From Atractiella rhizophila (lineage: Eukaryota), in contig MU271438.1 in assembly GCA_021432655.1 (NCBI GenBank), positions 1 to 64,000 on the forward strand: 64,000 nt of DNA. The letters run 5' to 3'. The notes below the pieces were generated by a model. It was given only the letters and a program-made list of their open reading frames with translations, was not told the origin of the DNA and did not search any database. Positions 61,877 to 64,000 of the stretch are shown here, in pieces (position 1 is the first letter of the stretch; the number at the start of each line of letters is the position of its first letter). The position numbers and the translations under genes are program-made.

Positions 61877-63999
61877 TGGCAGACATCGCGAACTTGGATC
61901 CTTCGACCCAACAGTACCTTCTCGACCTCTACAAGATACTGAAACCGGGTCAAAATCCTTTTGTCGTCACAGCTACCAGTAGGCACCTTCTTCTCATCAA
62001 TAATTAGTCGCTCATGGTTACTTCCAGTTTTGAAAGCTGAGCTGAATCCTGAACTCCCAGAGAGTTTCGTTATTCAGTTGTACATTTTATCGGGTGGGTG
62101 TGATGATGATGAGGGATGGTGGGAACGAGGCTGATGGCACGAGTTCAGGGGTATTTGCCTTCGCTTTGTTGTGTGCGGTCATTACGATGATTTTACGATT
62201 TCGACGCGACGGTGCGTGTATTTCGTCTTGCCAAGTGTTCTCGAAGCCTCAATATTTCTGCAGCTTCAATGTCGCTCTTCCGACTTATTCCAACATCAAA
62301 AGGCAACTTTTGGTGTCCCCAAACATCGAACTCATTCTCCCTCTTAACTGGGTTCTTTCTCATAGGTACGTCGCGTTTTAGCTTTGGTCAGGGAAGTACT
62401 AATGTCTGTGCATAGTCGCCCAGGGGTACGTTAGATGGTCTTAGGGCCTCAGACCGATTTGCTCATGTTACTTCTAGGAACATTTGGGTCACAGTTAGGG
62501 TGAACCGGGATCATGCATCTCAAATCAACTTTGGTTTGTTGCATCATATTTTATACAGGCATGTAACTGATTGTTGGATGAAGTTCTTTGGAAGTCGATA
62601 GTCTGGATCCCACTATTCCTCACTCTGGTTCTCGAAACCTGGGGAACCCTCATAACGACACTAATGTCTTCTCGGAGGTATAAGCGAGATGGCAGTTCTT
62701 TCGTTCCACCAATCGCGCCAATCTACATCAATATCTTTTGGCTCTTTCCCACCTTCCTCTGGCCTGCATCGATAGTAACGGTCTTCGTTCTGGCAAATGA
62801 GAAGTTCAACACTGCCTTTCGACAATACGAAAACTTATTGAAGGTCCTCGCTGTCGCTGCTCCTAAGTATGACGGCAACCTGGCCAACGTTTCGCAGTTC
62901 GAAGATATCTTTCCTCTCATTGGCCCTTTCCTCCGAAATATCGAGGACTTCTTGAAACTATTTCGAATCGGGTATATTCTCTGGGCAGCTGCTGCGATAT
63001 CGATGCTTATCGTACGTCTCCATCCTTCTTCCATAACCTCGCTCTGAGGCGAGATCTTAGATCTACCTTCCCATCGCGGTTCTTTACGTCCGGACGTTGA
63101 GAGCCCAAATTAAGATTCTCAAATCGAGAACAAAAGTGGGAAAATCGAGTTTCTTCAGCTATGGAGGTGCGACCCATGCTCTCGAGGCTTCGGCAGTTTT
63201 CTCAAAATGATTTGATAGATCCTCAAGCACTGAATGGGCCGGGGAAACCGAAATTGACGAAAGAAGATCAGCGACTCCACGACTCATTAACGACAGCTTA
63301 CAACAACTTGATTGTCTCATGCATAGCCATCCTTCTGTGTTCGCTTTCATATGCAGGCATCGCTCGTGCGTCGAATTTTTGTGTCTGCGCCCGAATAAGA
63401 ACTTACTGACAGTCGTGACCTTGACATAGTTTGGATTGCGGTAGACACGAGATCAGTCGTGCGAGACTCAATACCGCTGCAGATCGAACAACTCGGCTCG
63501 CTATACGTATATGGTGGTCTTGGGTTAGCAGCAAATGTGAGTCTTTACGAGATATACCTTTGCGAATCTGCTAAACTCACGGCTGTGTAGATTCTAACAA
63601 TGATTCGGGCTTTCGACCAAACCACGAACCACAAGATCTCCTCTCGTTCCGGACCTTCAGCGGAGGAGGCAACACGTCCACGGTCTGGAACGGTGCACAT
63701 GTCCGCTATCCATTCGCAGATCCATGATCATTATCCTACACGGTCGGATGCTCGTGCTGATTTCGACTACCCTGGTGGCGGCGTTTATATGCCAGGCCCC
63801 AGTGTTGTGCCTATCAAGACATCGGATGGGTGAGTTGGTTCATTCATGCACTTGAGGAATGGACTTTGACCTGTTTACAAGGCAAATGTGGGACGTCGTG
63901 GACTATTACAGCACCGAGGACGAGCTAAAGTCTGAGCGGTCGAATAGTTTGCGAACCAGCAACAAGCATCAGCATCATGATTATTATCAGTCAAATTAA
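61877..63999 (+). CDS. Orphan protein with about 7 TM segments (paralog B of 17781-19866)
   Basis: The multi-exon model is consistent in frame and includes a 10-nt microexon (TCGCCCAGGG). It shares motifs with paralog A. TAA at 63997-63999. Confidence 0.8.
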
Positions 64000-64000
64000 T

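Noticed and set aside
1..64000. Global reassignment of TGA to Trp or selenocysteine
   Set aside because: TGA terminates several well-defined genes (e.g. RHO4 after CRIL, UFD1, uS17m, KU80), and TGG is used for Trp throughout.
1..64000. tRNA, rRNA, snRNA, TPP riboswitch, CRISPR or telomeric repeats
   Set aside because: No matching signature found by eye; a covariance-model search could still find some.

Overview
This is a gene-dense fungal nuclear window with many short introns (mostly ~45-65 nt, GT-AG). It is most likely from a basidiomycete, possibly Pucciniomycotina; that is inferred from gene style and was not verified. Recognisable genes, in order: the 3' part of KU80, an NBR1-like ZZ/FW autophagy receptor, mitochondrial uS17, SIN3, an SP-RING SUMO ligase-like protein, UFD1, RHO4, a GDS1-like winged-helix protein, JSN1/PUF2, CDC42, a Zn2Cys6 factor (two copies), NUP133, RNase H1, a PPR-like protein, REV1 and mitochondrial uL3. 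There are also two paralogous orphan 7-TM proteins. The main anomalies are: (1) an in-frame TGA at a typically Trp position in an otherwise intact REV1, with a second possible in-frame TGA in a nearby orphan gene; (2) a 1244-bp in-frame internal duplication that doubles the HDAC-interaction region of Sin3, with mostly synonymous differences between copies; (3) further near-blunt tandem duplications of 2049 bp and 111 bp; (4) a GPCR-like 7-TM paralog pair with extensive intron-position turnover; (5) several unusually long introns, two of them hairpin-rich. No tRNA, rRNA, CRISPR array or transposon was recognised. All gene models were spliced by eye and no database searches were run.
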